DNA of 64,000 nucleotides from Epiperipatus broadwayi (GCA_028023455.1 JAQFVV010000003.1:19778001-19842000); one strand, 5' to 3'. Shown: positions 12,870 to 27,543, numbered from the stretch's first letter. Notes: generated from the sequence alone by a model not told the origin. A program made the numbers and translations.

Positions 12870-13411
12870 ATGTGATAATATGTTGGACTATGTTGAATGT
12901 ATAGAAGAATTATTAGACTTTATTTTTCAAACACAAACAACTTGTTAGTAATAACACACAAATAGACAACACAGGTAATTACTAAATTACACGTTTTGAA
13001 TAGTATTATTCTTCACTCTTCTTCAGGTGTTGCTGACCTGACCAGAGACAGTATTCACATAGGACTCAGAATTTGAATCAATCCTCACATAAATATATGA
13101 AATTTCTACTATCTGTTGCCTTCGACAGGATAACTTGGTTAGAGCGTTTGCTTTAAATTCGATATTCGAGAATCTAAAGGTGCAAGTTTGATTCCTATGT
13201 GAATACTGTCACTGGTCAGGCCAGTAACACTGCATAAGAATGGAGAATACTACTACTCAAAATGTTGTGTGAATACCAACCCGTGTTGTCTATTTTTGTG
13301 TTATTACTAACAAGTTGTTTGTATTTGAAAAGTTTAAATAAATTCTAAAATTTTTCTATACATTCAACATTTACTGATAGAGGATGGAAGTAGTCCAACA
13401 TATTATCACAT
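12870..13411. repeat. Fold-back: truncated antisense copy of the SINE (12870-13080) head-to-head with the sense copy
   Basis: e.g. ACAAACAACTTGTTAGTAATAACAC vs GTGTTATTACTAACAAGTTGTTTGT; ATGTGATAATATGTTGGACTA vs TAGTCCAACATATTATCACAT. Confidence 0.9.
13128..13411 (+). mobile_element. tRNA-derived SINE-like element
   Basis: A-box-like TGGTTAGAGC (13136-13145) and B-box-like sequence ending GTTTGATTCC (13186-13195); unrelated tail; no cloverleaf. Confidence 0.55.
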
Positions 13412-13899
13412 ATAGGTTCTTTTAGTTTATTTTACAAAAAAATATTTTAAGAAAAAAACTAGATTATATTTTTAAAAATGTAGGAGTGACCAGTTGATTA
13501 TACTGCTGTTATTTTATATTTAGATGATACATGAAAATTCTGAAGTAATAAATATATTTTATATACATAAAAAAAATACTAAAATAACTTGGCCTTATAA
13601 CTTAAAAAAAAGAAAGAATTGAAATAGTTTCTAAATGTATGTGTGCATACATACATGAGTACTATCTAGATCCATTTACTATCTGTTGTTAAAAGTTAAC
13701 CTATAATTTTGTGGCAAATTGTGTTTAAATGGTTGAAATATTTTATATTATAAAATGTGTATGTGTGCATATATAAATCTAAATTCTGTAATAATAATTT
13801 ACATTTTGTATGTAAGCATATACATTTAAAAAATTATGCTGCTAGAAAAACAATTTAACCATTAAGTTTAAGATACAGTGAAATACATCTTGCCATTTA

Positions 13900-15564
13900 G
13901 GTTTTTTTAAAACTGCATTCAAGAAAGTAATGAATATTTTTCAAGAAGTGCAATCCATTTTTTTTAAAAAAAATATTAGGTCATTATTTTCATAAAATTT
14001 TGTTTTCTTCATGAAATTAATTTCTCTTTTTGAAATTGTTTCATTTTCTTCAAGTGTGCCTAAAGTTTCTCTTAGCAGTTTTAGATATAAAATGACTGAT
14101 TTTTCCATTCCAGATTTACAATTGACTTTATAGCTATGAAAACTTATATTATTGTCTTCTTTTTACAGTCATTTTTTAAAATCTGAGTATTAAAAAGTGC
14201 TGGCTGGCTATATATAAAATAAAAATAATTTCAATTAGAGCATTGTTGAAGAAATCAAGTAAAGTTTTAGTGCTCTATCCTCTACCAAGAAAAATGATTT
14301 TAGCACATCAAATAACTCAAAAATTGCAGGTTGCAATGACAGCCACCTGTTTTTAAATGTGATAGTAATTTTTTATATTCAACATTCACAAAATTGCAGA
14401 AATTTTTCAGTCTGTTTATTTTGTGTATATTGTGAAATAATTAAACAATTTGATTATCACACTTTACCCAATATGCATGCAAGGCAATCAATTTCTTTAA
14501 TGTCTGCCCCAACTTTTACTTTGTTGTAAACATTATTAAATCCTTTTTTCTCATATTCAACAAAATCACCATACATTTGTTTTATGTCAGTTTTTAAATA
14601 TTTTAGAGTTTATATACAAAAACTTGAAATAATGTCAAAAATCTTTTAAAAATTCTTTACTTTCATAAAATATTGGATTAATCTTTATGGTTGAAGCATC
14701 ATCACTAATACTATAAAATTATCAAATTGTGAGTTCATTATAAACAATTTCAATTGAATATGGTGCACGGTTTTGATTAATAAAACTTGTTTTTGTTGCT
14801 ATTTTCGAATAATGGATTGTTTTTTATATAAGTTTACTTAGGCAATCTGAAGAGCATAAGATTGATGTTAATTATATGGTATGCAAAGTAATTCCACTAT
14901 CATAATTTTGTCTTCTTCAGAATTATTGCATTTTGTAAAATAATTTTTAAAACTTCTACATTTCCTTGACAATGCTATGATGGATTTATGTTTCTGATTA
15001 ATTATATGATCTTTTAGATTGACAATTCCTTCTCAACTAATTAATTCTTCATTTTTTATGAACAAATAATCCTTGCTGTATTTATCTAAATGTTTGCTTG
15101 GGGGGGGGGGGCATTTTTTGTAGGAATAAGAATTATCTTAAAATGCAATTTTACAAAACTTGAATGAAATCTTACATTATTAACAAAAAAAAAATCCAAA
15201 TAATAGAGTCTATGACTATTTTCTTATGATTAGGACTAACATGGGAATTGCATTTTGATTGGATCACACATACAAGTGTAGGGTTGCTTTCTGCCTTGCC
15301 TAATGTCACAACATAATGAGTGACATCTTAAAATAACAATAGATATTTAGCTATCACAATGAATGACGAAAGTTTTATTAATATATTAGCCAAGAAAGTT
15401 AGGTTTAGTTTGATAATAATTATTAATAGCAAAACAAATGAAAAAGTGCTATTTCCAATATTTTTTTTATTATTAGTTTTGATAAACATGGATATATTGA
15501 AACACAGGGATTTGAGGCCCCAAATTATGACAATCCCACAAAAACAAGACATCTGACAACCCTA
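13900..15564 (-). pseudogene. Decayed hAT (Blackjack-like) transposase remnant, possible terminus at 15564
   Basis: Minus-strand fragments H-x3-KHK, FYSISDDAS, CLAHIL, RWLSLQPAIFELFDVLKSFF; TAGGGTTGTCAGATGTC reading on the minus strand from 15564. No TSD found. Confidence 0.55.
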
Positions 15565-18500
15565 CTTTAAATAAATTTATATATACATCAATTGTTTGCT
15601 ATCTTTTCTTGATTAATCACAGTTTAAAATCACATTCGTTTTGTAAAACTTCTTTACAAATAAAAGAAAAGTCCTATCAATCTGTTAGATATTCTCCATT
15701 TCTCCCTTTCACTTCCAAGAAGTCTTTCATCATCCTTGACATATTTTATCTTTAAATTATCTTTTTTTTTTTTTTCAATATATGTATTTACATAAAATAA
15801 AAACAATAAAATTAAAAAAAAAAAAATCATTACTAATATTTATTTGATTGCAATTTTTTTTAGCAGTTAAAATAAATGTGTAGCAATATTCAAATGTAGA
15901 AAAAAAAAATTCTATTGAAAATGGAGGATATCTAAATTAAATATGCAGTATTCTTATAGAACTTTTTTTATAAAAGATGTTTTGAAAAAAACTAATATTT
16001 GAAAATTTGTGGTTTAAAAAAAAAAACATACACAGGTAAAATGTTTTTAATTAATTTTACAACTACAACCATATATAATTTAATCTTCAATGGATTTATT
16101 ATTGAATCAGTGGCAGAAATAAAATAAGTTCTTGACAAGCAAAAAGTGTGTGCATATATTTTTGTGCTATTTTGAAAAGAAAAATGGTGAAAATGTAAAG
16201 AGTTTATCAAGACTTATAATTTAAAAATTATATAATTTTAAAGATCTGAGCTCAACACCCCCATTGAGTGATGTATCCCTGAGAAGATCAATGTATGAAT
16301 GTACAAATTAAATCATTTGAACATAAATAAATACACTTTTTTTAAATGTATATCTGTGAATATGGAATTTTAAGTCACTTGTACATATGAAGGATAATCA
16401 AAAAATAAAATATTAAAAATAATCTTTATTTTTTGATTTTCTTTGTATATAGTTAGACAAATCTATAAAATTTTCATAAGCTATTTATTGACATAATATT
16501 TTGCAATAATCATCATAGAATGATTTTTTCTAGAATAGTGGTTCTTAGCTACTGGATCATGACCAAGATTTGGATCAAAAACTATTTTGATTGGAATACA
16601 ACACAATTTTGGAATTACATCAAATTTCTTCATTTGGAAGAAAAATTTTCTGAATGTTAGATTTAACAAAAATAATTTTGAAATGCAATGTAGTTAATCT
16701 TACTAAGACACAAAATTTTCAAAATATAGCAATAAATGAAACTTTATATATATATTTTTCAATCAGAAATTTAAACAATCAACTTTTATTATTATTTAAT
16801 CTACTAGTCTATCACTCTTGGAATAACTTTTATGCACCATTTATTGAATTGCAATAAATAAATTTTGGAATTTGAAAAAAAAAAAACCAAAACAAATCAT
16901 CTCAAAATTAGTCTTATTTCTAGCTGTGCATTTCTGAATAAGAATATATTTTCCTAAAATGTATTAATGTAATGATAGTAGGATGTATAAAAATGCTGAT
17001 GAACACCATACCATAATAAATCAATGTATCTCAATAAAATGCAATACATGCAAGTTAATTTGTCTCTTTCTTTGATGGTAATTAGCTATAATCTGAGTTA
17101 TAGTTCAACAAGTTTAAGACTCGCTGACCTGGTAAATAGAAGTAGAATACTTTTGAAATTAAAAAAAAAAAAATCATAGACAGATAATAAAATGACTCAA
17201 TTTGATTAACTTTTAATAATTTATTATGTATTTTTCTGATACAAAACACAAATTTTGCACTGCTAATTTTGTAAAATAACACACTAATTTCCTTTCATGA
17301 AACCGACTGTTTTAACTATAATCTAAACATAATAATAATGGGAATGTAAATTTATTACATTCAAAAGTAATTTTCTTAAAGAATTTCAATAAGAAAGAAT
17401 CACAAAAAAAAAATATATATATAATGTAATATTAGCATTTTCATAGATATCTGTAAGTACTATTTGATCATTTTTATATTTTTTAACATCAACTCTCTTC
17501 TAAGAAACTGGGATTTGGATTTGATATTTAAATGAAAATATATATATATATAAAAGAATGATTGTTATCTTTTCATGGTTCTTTTTATCTCCATTAAATT
17601 GTAAAAAAAAAAAAGAAACAAACTTGGAAATAACTAAAAAAAAAAAAAATATTTTTTTTCTTTTAATTTTTAATTAAAAAAAAAAAAAAACATATTCAGA
17701 TCTATATACAAAATAAATATGTTAAGAAACATGACTTAGGCTAATAAAAAAAACAGTTCCCTTAGTAAGATAGAAAAGAATATAAAATCTGAATTATTTA
17801 AATGGAATGTAAAAACAATGTGATGAGATTCAGTTAAATGATATTTACAAATGTCCAATATTATTATTTATATACAAATGACAAATCTGAGATCGTTAGA
17901 AGGAGGACAGGGAGTTTGTATTTTCACCAATTAAAAAAAAAAAAGCTTAATGTACTATTATTAAAAAATATCATCTTTATAAATATTTTCTTTGTATAAT
18001 CTTTCCATACATATTATATATGTAGAGCCATGGTGATAGAAGAGGCAAATAAGCTAATGCTAGTGTGCCAATTGATTGGAAGTAAAGCAATTACAAGATT
18101 TACCCATTTATTGTGTTGAGAGCCAATCAACTATTGTCTCTGTGATAATAGAGGGAGATTTGCAAAAGGTGCCAAAAAAGTTCACTATGGTTCTGCTTAT
18201 ATTATTAAATATATTTAAATATGAGAAAAAAAGAAAAGAGTAAAAATTAGAATCTAAATTGATAAAAATTGACAAATATAAATAGAGATTCTGGAATGAC
18301 ATGTATTAAGGAGTAATCCATAAACTATCATTCCTGATAATCATCACTCAGTTATAGTATAATTATTTAAACACATAAATCCATCTTCAAGCAAAAAACA
18401 TAAAGTAGAGAGGTATAAAAATGTATCAAAAAAAGAAAGCAACTCTCAGTTGAATGCTATAAAGTAAAAAAACATCCCAGGAAAAAAGCAAATATGAAAT

Positions 18501-21500
18501 AGACAACAATACAATATTTAATAGATTATATATAAAAAAAAAAAACTTTGTGGAAAATATGAAGTGTAAAAGATTACCCATACCCAATGAATATAATGTA
18601 TATATATATTTACCTATATTCATAGGCAGGGTAAAGATCTCACCAGCATTTTTTTTTTCAAATGTTAAGAAACACTGGATTAGTAGCTGATTAGTGATTC
18701 TTAAGAGTTTGTATAACTTTCTTTTCTCACCTAATCCAAGTAAGCAGTTCTATATCTTTCTCCATACAAATACACACAGACTACTTTAATATATATCTAT
18801 ATACACACATAATAGGTAAAATGGCATTTGAATAGACTACTGCAGGGAAAAAGATCTCTTGCAATCGAATACAGAAATACTGTGACGAAAAGGCATCATT
18901 CGCAGACTTGCCTATTGTTGTATAGCAAAGGTTTGACTTCTTTTTCATCCTTATTAATCTTAGAACTATGTATAGCTGCTAGATATGTATTTTTTTTAAA
19001 AAAATCTTTAATTGGAATTTTAAAAAAAATTTCAATGCCTTATTCAGCTCAGATTTGAAGCCAGGTCTTGGGCATATAGGCAAGCATACTGTCATTACAG
19101 TATAAAGCCGTTTCATATACTCTAACATGACATAAATATACACAAAACACAAAAGAAAAAATCAGTAAATAATGTATAAAAAGAAAACAAATGGGATATG
19201 TATTTAACATCTTTATTCATCATTGATGCATCAGATCTATTACTGTACCAGTTCATCAAAAATAGGAGCACATTTTAGTCATTTAGCACAGAATTTTCAA
19301 CCTCTTCACCATAATATTCATTTACATATGGCTTGATGCAACAAACACTTTTCATTGTATGCTAGAAATATATTTTTTATTATAAATATCCTTTGGATAT
19401 GGAAAGCCTTTTTCTCACAAAAGCATACAACAGAATGCCACTCTTCGGTAATAACATTCAAGTGCATACCTACTGCACACTGTTATTAAATTGTAATGTG
19501 CTCAAAACTATTAATAAACATTCAAAACCTGTTATGCTCTACAATAATAGCACTTAGATAATGCTGAATGTGAGATATGTTATGTCCATTAATGTGGAGA
19601 AAATTTATGAATCCATTGCAATACTTATAAATGCAGAATTTTTTTAGTAATTGATTTTGCCAACACAGATATCCATCCTACATTGTTTAATCAGTTTATC
19701 TAGCTATCCTTACCTGGAAGATAAAATAAATTTCAACACAACATAAAATGATCAAATGAATGACAATTTGCTGACAATTAAAGTAAAAAAAACATGATTA
19801 AATAATAATAAAAAAATCATAATGGCATGAGCACTTAGTCAATATATTTTTTAATCTTATGGACAGAATACCTTTAATGATTACCGATTATTTTACTTCA
19901 ATGGAAAAAAGAGAAAAATACTATTTTCAAAAATACATTTCTTGTTGAATATGAATAAACACAAAGACGAAACTAATCTTACATAATTAAACTATTAACA
20001 AACATGCAGGTTTTCTTGTTTTTTGAATCATATCTATTGAAGATATAAATAGAAAAAAAAATAGCTCCTTAAATTTAAAACATCTAAAAATTTCCTTCAA
20101 AGAAGCACCATTCACTAGACTAACCAATTATAATGTAGGAGAGTTTAAAATTTTCTATCTCGCTAAGAATAGATAATTATTTATATACCAATAATTGGAT
20201 ACATAGCTAGCTGGATTGATGATTTGAAAAAAAAAATCTTAAGTCAGTTTAAAATTAAAAATAATAATTTATGTTTCATCTGGTCCAGATTTCTGACTGT
20301 AGTAGGCAGATGTATTAAACACTATGCATAAGACCTTGATGGCATATGTAAACTGATATTGTCTACATTGCAGAAAAATTTGATTATAACTCAAAAATGT
20401 TGTACTGCTTTAATACCACACCGTTATTATAGAATATCTTAACATTTTGTAAACCTTTTCACCAATAAATCAAATGTGACTCTACTAGCATTGTGTTAGA
20501 GAAAAAAAAACAATCCCATTTTATTCTTTATTTAAATAAATGACTGACTTGCACATTCACTTTTTCAGCACTGATGGTTTTTAACCCTTATTATTTTCAG
20601 AACCACTAGCTTAATCTCACTATTGTCGAGTAATAATATGAGATTTTAGAAGAAATATATATATATATATAATGAAAATGATTAAATACTTAAAAAAAAA
20701 CAAGCAAATCATTACTAAGAAAAAAATTGTAAATTTGAAGATGGATTAAATTGAGGTTTTATTTCAGTATAGCCATTTTAATAGGTAAAAATTTTAAATA
20801 AAATTTGATTTGAATATCTGAAATGACTATTTTTCATTATTAATATTGCTTTTTTTAATTTCAACATTAAAAAAAAAAAAATGAAATGATTAGAATGGCA
20901 TATATCAGTTAATGGTGAATTAAGTATAAACTGATGGAACGCTTATGTTTTAAAGTATAAGCTATATACCATTTATTATGTATTGAGAATACAATATATA
21001 GAATATATAGTAAGGGGAAAAAATAAAATAACTTTAAAGAAGCCCTGTAGGGCAAAATTCTCTCCAAGTTCAGGAAAAATAAACACTGAAAAAGAGCATG
21101 TTTGAGTGTAAAACTAATAAAAACAAAAATACTTTATATAGATGTACAAAATAATTTTTGATAAAAGAATATGATCAAATAAATAATACCCATTATATTA
21201 TACATGATATTTATTTTATTCTAACTAGTTTCAGAATATTCAAATAAATTCTCAAATCTTCAGACAAATTTCCTTACTTTTAATTTAAACTTAATATAAC
21301 AATCATCAATAGTTTAAAAAAATACATTTATAAAAAAAAAAAAACCCTTAAAATATAATAACATTTTATTTTATAGAAAGACTAGCACTGCTTTTATGCA
21401 TTTCAAAATGTGGAATATTTTCCTAAATAAAATTATCTTTTTTTTTTTCTTTTTTCTTTTAAAAAAAAAACAACAGTATATTATTACAAAATAAAAATAT

Positions 21501-22403
21501 CTGACAAATTTTGATATCATAAAAAAGAATCAGAGGGAAAAAATAATGAAAGTTAAAATGCTTTTAGTATAGTATCAGAATTATGAATGTAAAAGAAAAA
21601 ATATTAGCATATCAAAAAAAATTAAAAGAAAATTTTTAGAAATTATACTTATACAAAACAAACTTACATTCTAAAATAATGCAATGAAACTTTTAATTCT
21701 GCAGTGAAACTATAATATGCTATTTGTTATTTTGATACTTTTTAAGTAAATTTTATAAATGAATTTATCAATTTTATAAAGTGAATCCATTCATATTTTA
21801 AATGATTAAGAATTTATATTTAAAAAGCATACTTTGACGTAAATGCAAATTTTGTTTAATAATAGATTTAATTAAATTATATGTTTAAATATTATTTATA
21901 TACAAATTATACAAAATTATCTTTTTAAACTACAGTGAAGCTGCAATATATGCTGTATCAATATACAATATATAATAATTTAATTATACTCTAATCAAAA
22001 AAAAAAAAAAATGTAAATATAAAAAAATATGAGCAAACAAAAAGAACCCATTAAAATTCATAAATTTAATAAATTTTACAATACAGCAGCTGCCATTTTT
22101 CCATCTCAGAAAGTCTCATATAATCACATTTATTAATAACATTTCTTCAGGATATACTGAAAGCCCATTTTATTCTTTGCTTTGATGAGGTACAGTATTT
22201 TATTTAAGAAAATGTTTTCTAAACATTAAAACTAAAAGTTTTACAAAATTTTAAACATTTTTTTTGAAATACAAGTATAATTCACATATTTGGAGTTTAA
22301 ATATAATATAGGGGATTTGAACATAGACTTCCAAGATCCCTTCTGTTATCCACTCTATCTCATATAACCAATATACATGACCACACATATGAGAAAAAGA
22401 TAA

Positions 22404-22462
22404 ATGATCTCCAATGTATGTTTTTCATGCTAAACCAGCACTCATCAGTTGGTCCAGATCAT
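22404..22462 (-). ncRNA. Family A hammerhead motif, mutated (U16.1>C)
   Basis: ATGATCT-GGA-CCAA CTGATGA GTGCTG GTT TAGCAT GAAA AACATA CA TTGG AGATCAT. Confidence 0.65.
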
Positions 22463-22708
22463 CATTTCCCACACATAAATATAAGCAATGCTAGTTTATA
22501 TTAAGATAACAAATCTTCAAACTTTAATGGACAGATTTCAATCTACTCCACACTTTAACTCTTCAGCTGTCCATATCATTGAAAATCTGATGATGATGGA
22601 CAGCTGAAGAGTTGGAGTGTGAAGTAGATGGAAGCCTGTCTATTAAAGCTTGAAGATTTTTTTCCTTTCAATATAAACCGAGCACTGATTATATAAATGT
22701 GGGAAATG

Positions 22709-22767
22709 ATAATCTCGACCAACTGATGAGTGCTGGTTCAGCACAAAATATATATATTGAAGATCAT
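22709..22767 (+). ncRNA. Family A hammerhead motif, mutated (G12>A)
   Basis: CCAA CTGATGA GTGCTG GTT CAGCAC AAAA TATATA TA TTGA AGATCAT. Confidence 0.65.
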
Positions 22768-23304
22768 TTACCTTTTTCTCATGTATATCAGTTATATGAG
22801 ATAGAGTGGATAGTAGAAGAGATCTTGAAAGTCTATATTCAAAATTTTAAACAATGTAATAAAAGTTATCAAATGATCTTGTATTATATCAGGAAGAGTT
22901 TAACCAAAAATTTTAAATGGGTAACAGCAAGAAGGATTGTATAGATTCCAAGTCGACATGGTCTTAAAAACATCAAAATAATTACACAAACCATAGACAT
23001 GATAATGAGACTGCAATTTCATTATCATATGAGAAAAAACTTATTGAATATCTTGTAGGAATGTTTAATAATGATGAAAATGTCATTTCACTATTCATTT
23101 TATTTTACAAAAAATAAAAATATAATACAGCAAGTTTTTTATAATTTTTATTTTTTTGAATGAATGTGATTGAATGAAGACACATACAGCAAATATATAC
23201 TGTATGTAAATGTACTCTCTGAATTTTTTTAAAATTTTGTTTATATTATAATCCTAATTTATATATGCATACTGTATACATAAAAGTGTTATATACTTAT
23301 ATAA

Positions 23305-23985
23305 TATTTGAATACAAGTATAATGTATATACTTAAGCTTTAGATATAATTGGAGGGGGCTTAAACACAGACTTTCAAGCTCCCTTCAGTCATTCACCCC
23401 ATTTTATATAATAGATACACATGTCCACATACATGTGAAAAAAATAAATGATATCCAATATACATATTTCTTGCTAAACCAGCTATCAACAGTTGGTTTG
23501 GATCATCATCTCCCACATACATATACATAACCAGTGTTCAGTTTATATTAAGATAAAGATTTAATGTACAGGATTCAATCTTCTCCATTCTCCAATTCTT
23601 CAGTCATCCATATCATTGAAAATCTGATGATGGAATGCTCAAAGGTCTTGTTGATGCGAATATTGGAGTCATATCCATGTTGTCTTTAAGTCAATCTGAC
23701 CCCTCATATGTAGGATCTTAATACCAGATTTTCAATGATTGGATGGCAGAAGAGTTGGAGAGAATTGAAGTCTTTCCATTAAGGTTTGAAGATTTGCTAT
23801 CTTAATATAAACTGAGTACTGATTGGGTGGGAGATGATGATCGGGACCAACTGATGAGTGATGGTTCAGCACGAAACTTATATTGGAGATCATTTATCTT
23901 TTACAAATGCATGTGGTCATGTGTATCGGTTATATAAGATTAAATGAATGACTGAAGGGAGCTTGAAAGTCTGTGTTCAAATTTC
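23305..23985. mobile_element. Family A hammerhead repeat, second inverted pair
   Basis: Antisense arm ~23305-23640, spacer, sense arm ~23725-23985; homologous to 22258-22839. TSD not evident; left-arm hammerhead degenerate (CTGTTGA). Confidence 0.85.
23837..23893 (+). ncRNA. Family A type I hammerhead motif with intact core
   Basis: ATGATC-GGGA-CCAA CTGATGA GTGATG GTT CAGCAC GAAA CTTA TA TTGG AGATCAT; CUGAUGA 23851-23857, GAAA 23873-23876. Confidence 0.8.
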
Positions 23986-26900
23986 CTCTAATTTTGTATA
24001 TATGAATATTGAAAAATATTATACATGTGTGGTTCAGCAATCAATACATATTCTATGGTAACCAGATATCAACAAAATATAAGTTATCATATATAATGTA
24101 TGGCAGAGCGTGGAACAAATACACACAACTCATCTCTATTAACAGACTTTATATAATACTAAATTATAAAAAAATAAACATTTACCTCTGAAAATAGTTT
24201 ATTAAATTATATAAGAAGAATGTTTATAGTATACAACAAATATTATTAATTTGATCATATTCTTTTATCAAAAAAATTATACAACTACATCAAACTATGT
24301 TCTGTTATCAGATATAAAAGTTGGAGTATAACAGAATAGTTAAATATTTTAATGATAAAATATAATTTTACAATCATTACATATACATTTTAATATTTTT
24401 TAAAATAAATTAATCGTGGTTAGCTCAGTAATAGACTATCTTGCTAGAAAGTACAAATTCTTTATTCAATTTTATGACCAAGTTGGAATTTCTGTACAAT
24501 AAAACATAAACAACTTTATTAGCAATAGCTTTAAGAATTCTTCCCAGATGCAAAATCTCAGAATTATAATTAGCTAATCACCCCCCCCCTTTCCAAAAAA
24601 AAAAAAGAAAAAGAGGGCAGGGGCTAATTAATAAATGATATAGGCAAGACTCAATTATCATTACTGCAAAAGTGAAAGGCAAAAGAAAAACTAACAGATG
24701 ACTAAGAATCAGGGTTAAGAAACCACTCCTATTAAAGTGATTGATAACAAAAGCATTTAAAAAGCTACACTCAGAATGTCTAAAAACATTTTACTAATAT
24801 TAACATATCTCATAGATTATCACTGGGTGGAAATGCAATAAAAAGCAGATTATTGATATAGATAGAAGCATATCTTTAAAACTTATAATCAGAATTTTTC
24901 ACGTTATGATTTTTCTTGTACATTTTTATGGATATGCAAATTGGACAGTAACAAAGGATAGGAAAAATGTAACTTTTTAAACTGTGGTACTGATGAAAAT
25001 TTTTGAAACTACCATTGTAAACAAGAAAAATAATTAAGAAAATACATGAACATATTAAAACAAAAATAACTAGGATAAGAATGTATTATTATGCTCATAT
25101 TATAAGATAATCTAATTTATTAGAAAAGAAAATGATGTTCAGAAAGAGTTAATGGTAGAAAAAGAGAATGTAAAAAATGAGATAGTGGGAGTGCATCATC
25201 ACAATAGCTTGAAATAGTTAATTAATAAGTTATTCAGAAATGCTATTATATGATATCCAGAAAAATACGAAATCAGACAAAAAAACTTGTGAATGTCAAT
25301 TAAAAAGTACATTAATCAGAGATCTTAAATTATTTAATACAACTAAGTCTGTATGTGCGAATGAATTAAAATAATCGATCGATATATTAGGAGCTTCTGT
25401 GAATTTCCTACTTATGAAGGCATACAAATGTTTTTCCAAACAAATCCGATCACATGCATTTCTTATACCATTGGTAACTGACCTCATATCTACTCATAAA
25501 ATATGTACATCAATATGAGTAATCAACAAATATTAGTTTCTAGCTATTGGCATTCCATAATAAAAAGCAATATAAGTTAGATATTTCACTGTTACTTTGT
25601 ATTTTTTTATACAAAAGTTATATATCTAATATATCAAATATATTAACAAGAACTTATTTTGTATTAAATATTACTGGTGAAAGAAAGATAAAGAGGGAAA
25701 TGGCTTGTGAGGAATAAGATTTCATTCATCAGGATAGTTAACTGCTAGCTGATAGGATTTTTAAAGGTTCTGCTTTTCTGTTTTTAATTCTAGCTAAAAT
25801 AGCTTGATATTCATTTATAAAACAATAATTAGATAGCCATGGGGCATATACTTGAAAAAAAAAAAACCCTTAAATATTCTTGGAAATCTTAAAACTATCT
25901 AAAAAAAACTTCAAATTCCATCCAGATTGATAACAAAGGACATGACATAGTGGATAGATGTGCTAACCATTCAATATGGTGCTCTTTTACTGATTTATTT
26001 ATTTTACATACTTATAACATATGCAAACTTACAGAGATATGTAAAAATATAAATATATATTTTTCTGAATGTGTATAAAATTTTAAGCAATTTTATTTTT
26101 TAATTGGTGAAAAAAAAAGTCTAAATTATTATGATTGTTAAAACTTTTTTATAAAATCAATTATATTAAAATAAAAACATAATGACTGTTACTTCAATTA
26201 GATATTTTATAATGAAATGACTAGATAATCTTTTTTTTTTTTAAAAAAAATCAAATCTTAACTGGGACATTTACCATAATTGTATAAATATTTATCAAAA
26301 ACTTGCCAGATAATAAAAATATTTTTACTTGAAAAAAAATATATATATAAATTTTTAAAAGCAGACAAACTATTGCTACTTAAAAAGTTTTTCTTATTTC
26401 ATTAAAAAAAAAATTTGCAAAATAATAATTTTAAGATATACAAAATTTTGCTTGAAAATACATGAACAATTATATTATTTGTATACCAACTTAAAACAGA
26501 ATTAGAATAATTTAAACTATAAAAAAAAAAGTGAAAAATTGTCTGGCAATTTGATAAATGATAATAGTCTAGAGATTATTTCATTCTCTTTACAACTGGT
26601 AGCAATAAAAAAAGTAGTTTAATGTAATGAAATATATTAACATATTATTTGATTTGGGGGGGGGGCTTTTTTTTTAGCATGAAGATATACAATATACAGT
26701 TATTAATTTATTACTTTTGCTTTAATCTATTCTTACGAGGAAAAAAAGATTATTGTTTTTGTTTTAAAATAGGGCCATTAAACTTAAATAAAAAAATATA
26801 TATAAACATACTTTTTTAACGAACAAAACAAAAAAAAACAAAACATTTTTGAACATGATTTTTTAAAAATAAAACAGCTACTTTTGTGAGAGAAGAGATT

Positions 26901-27061
26901 CTTCGAAAGTATTATTTTTTTTTCATTACAAAATCTTCAATAAATAAAATTGAACATAATAAATTAAGAGTGCAAGTGAATAGACCTCATACTGCATCAA
27001 AGTTTAGCATAGTTGAAATAAAATGTACATAAATTACATGATGATGGAGTTCATCAAATAT

Positions 27062-27117
27062 TTAAACATACGGTAACTGCGTATGAAGACGTTCGATTAT
27101 ATACAAGTAGTTGGGTT
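27062..27117 (-). CDS. Nudix hydrolase (YJR142W/NUDT20-like), last coding exon
   Basis: Acceptor TTATTATTTCAG; phase 1 matches the upstream exon; (E)PNYLYIIERLHTQLPYV*; TAA at 27064-27062. Confidence 0.85.
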
Positions 27118-27543
27118 CTGAAATAATAAAACAAATATAGCCAATTATGATTTAAATAAAAACAAAGAATTATTTAAAATGCTAATAAGTTGTCAATTTT
27201 GAGAGAGAGAAAAAAGTAATAAATGCTATTAATAATATTAAATAATTCATGACAAAATAGTAATATTTGTTATATCCCATCATATTTTAAAAGTAATATA
27301 GAAAACTATATATATATAAAAATTATAAAGATACAAGGTCGATGATTAACAAAGAGCTAATATTAAATCTATCAATCAAATAATCATAGCAAAGGAAGAG
27401 AAGGCAGATTGCTTTCAAATATGATCCTTATTTCTTCTTGAACTAGCTTCTTTTATTATGGATTAACAAAGCTGGCAGTAATCTAATAACAACATTAGTC
27501 TTTTGTGCTTATACAAATTCCTAGAAGCATAAAGATAAATTTC

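Larger units (their letters stand above)
22258..22839. mobile_element. Family A hammerhead repeat, inverted pair (antisense then sense) with 14-bp TSD
   Basis: Arms reverse-complementary; CAAAATTTTAAACA at 22244-22257 and 22840-22853; hammerhead motifs at 22404-22462 (-) and 22709-22767 (+). Confidence 0.88.

Noticed and set aside
13128-13200. tRNA gene
   Set aside because: A/B-box-like motifs only; no acceptor stem or cloverleaf, and it continues into a SINE-like tail.
15278-15564. Independent hAT MITE bounded by TAGGGTTG…CAACCCTA
   Set aside because: Only 8 bp match and no 8-bp TSD; the right motif is better read as a possible end of the adjacent transposase remnant.
18828-19130. Possible exon(s) in a GC-richer patch
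   Set aside because: An acceptor-like site near 19127 gives only short unrecognisable peptides; it could be UTR but is unsupported.
22585-22615. Second CTGATGA / CTGAAGA inside the family A unit
   Set aside because: Not followed by a stem II-GAAA-stem III-UH arrangement.
22699-22944. ORFs with similar peptides at 22699, 44317 and 62461 suggesting a small gene family
   Set aside because: They are translations of family A repeat copies, with starts, stops and strand differing between copies.
24985-25015. TGGTA-CTGATGA…GAAA-C-TACCA hammerhead-like string
   Set aside because: No room for stem III and a cleavage triplet, and stem II is only A/T; chance in AT-rich DNA is likely.
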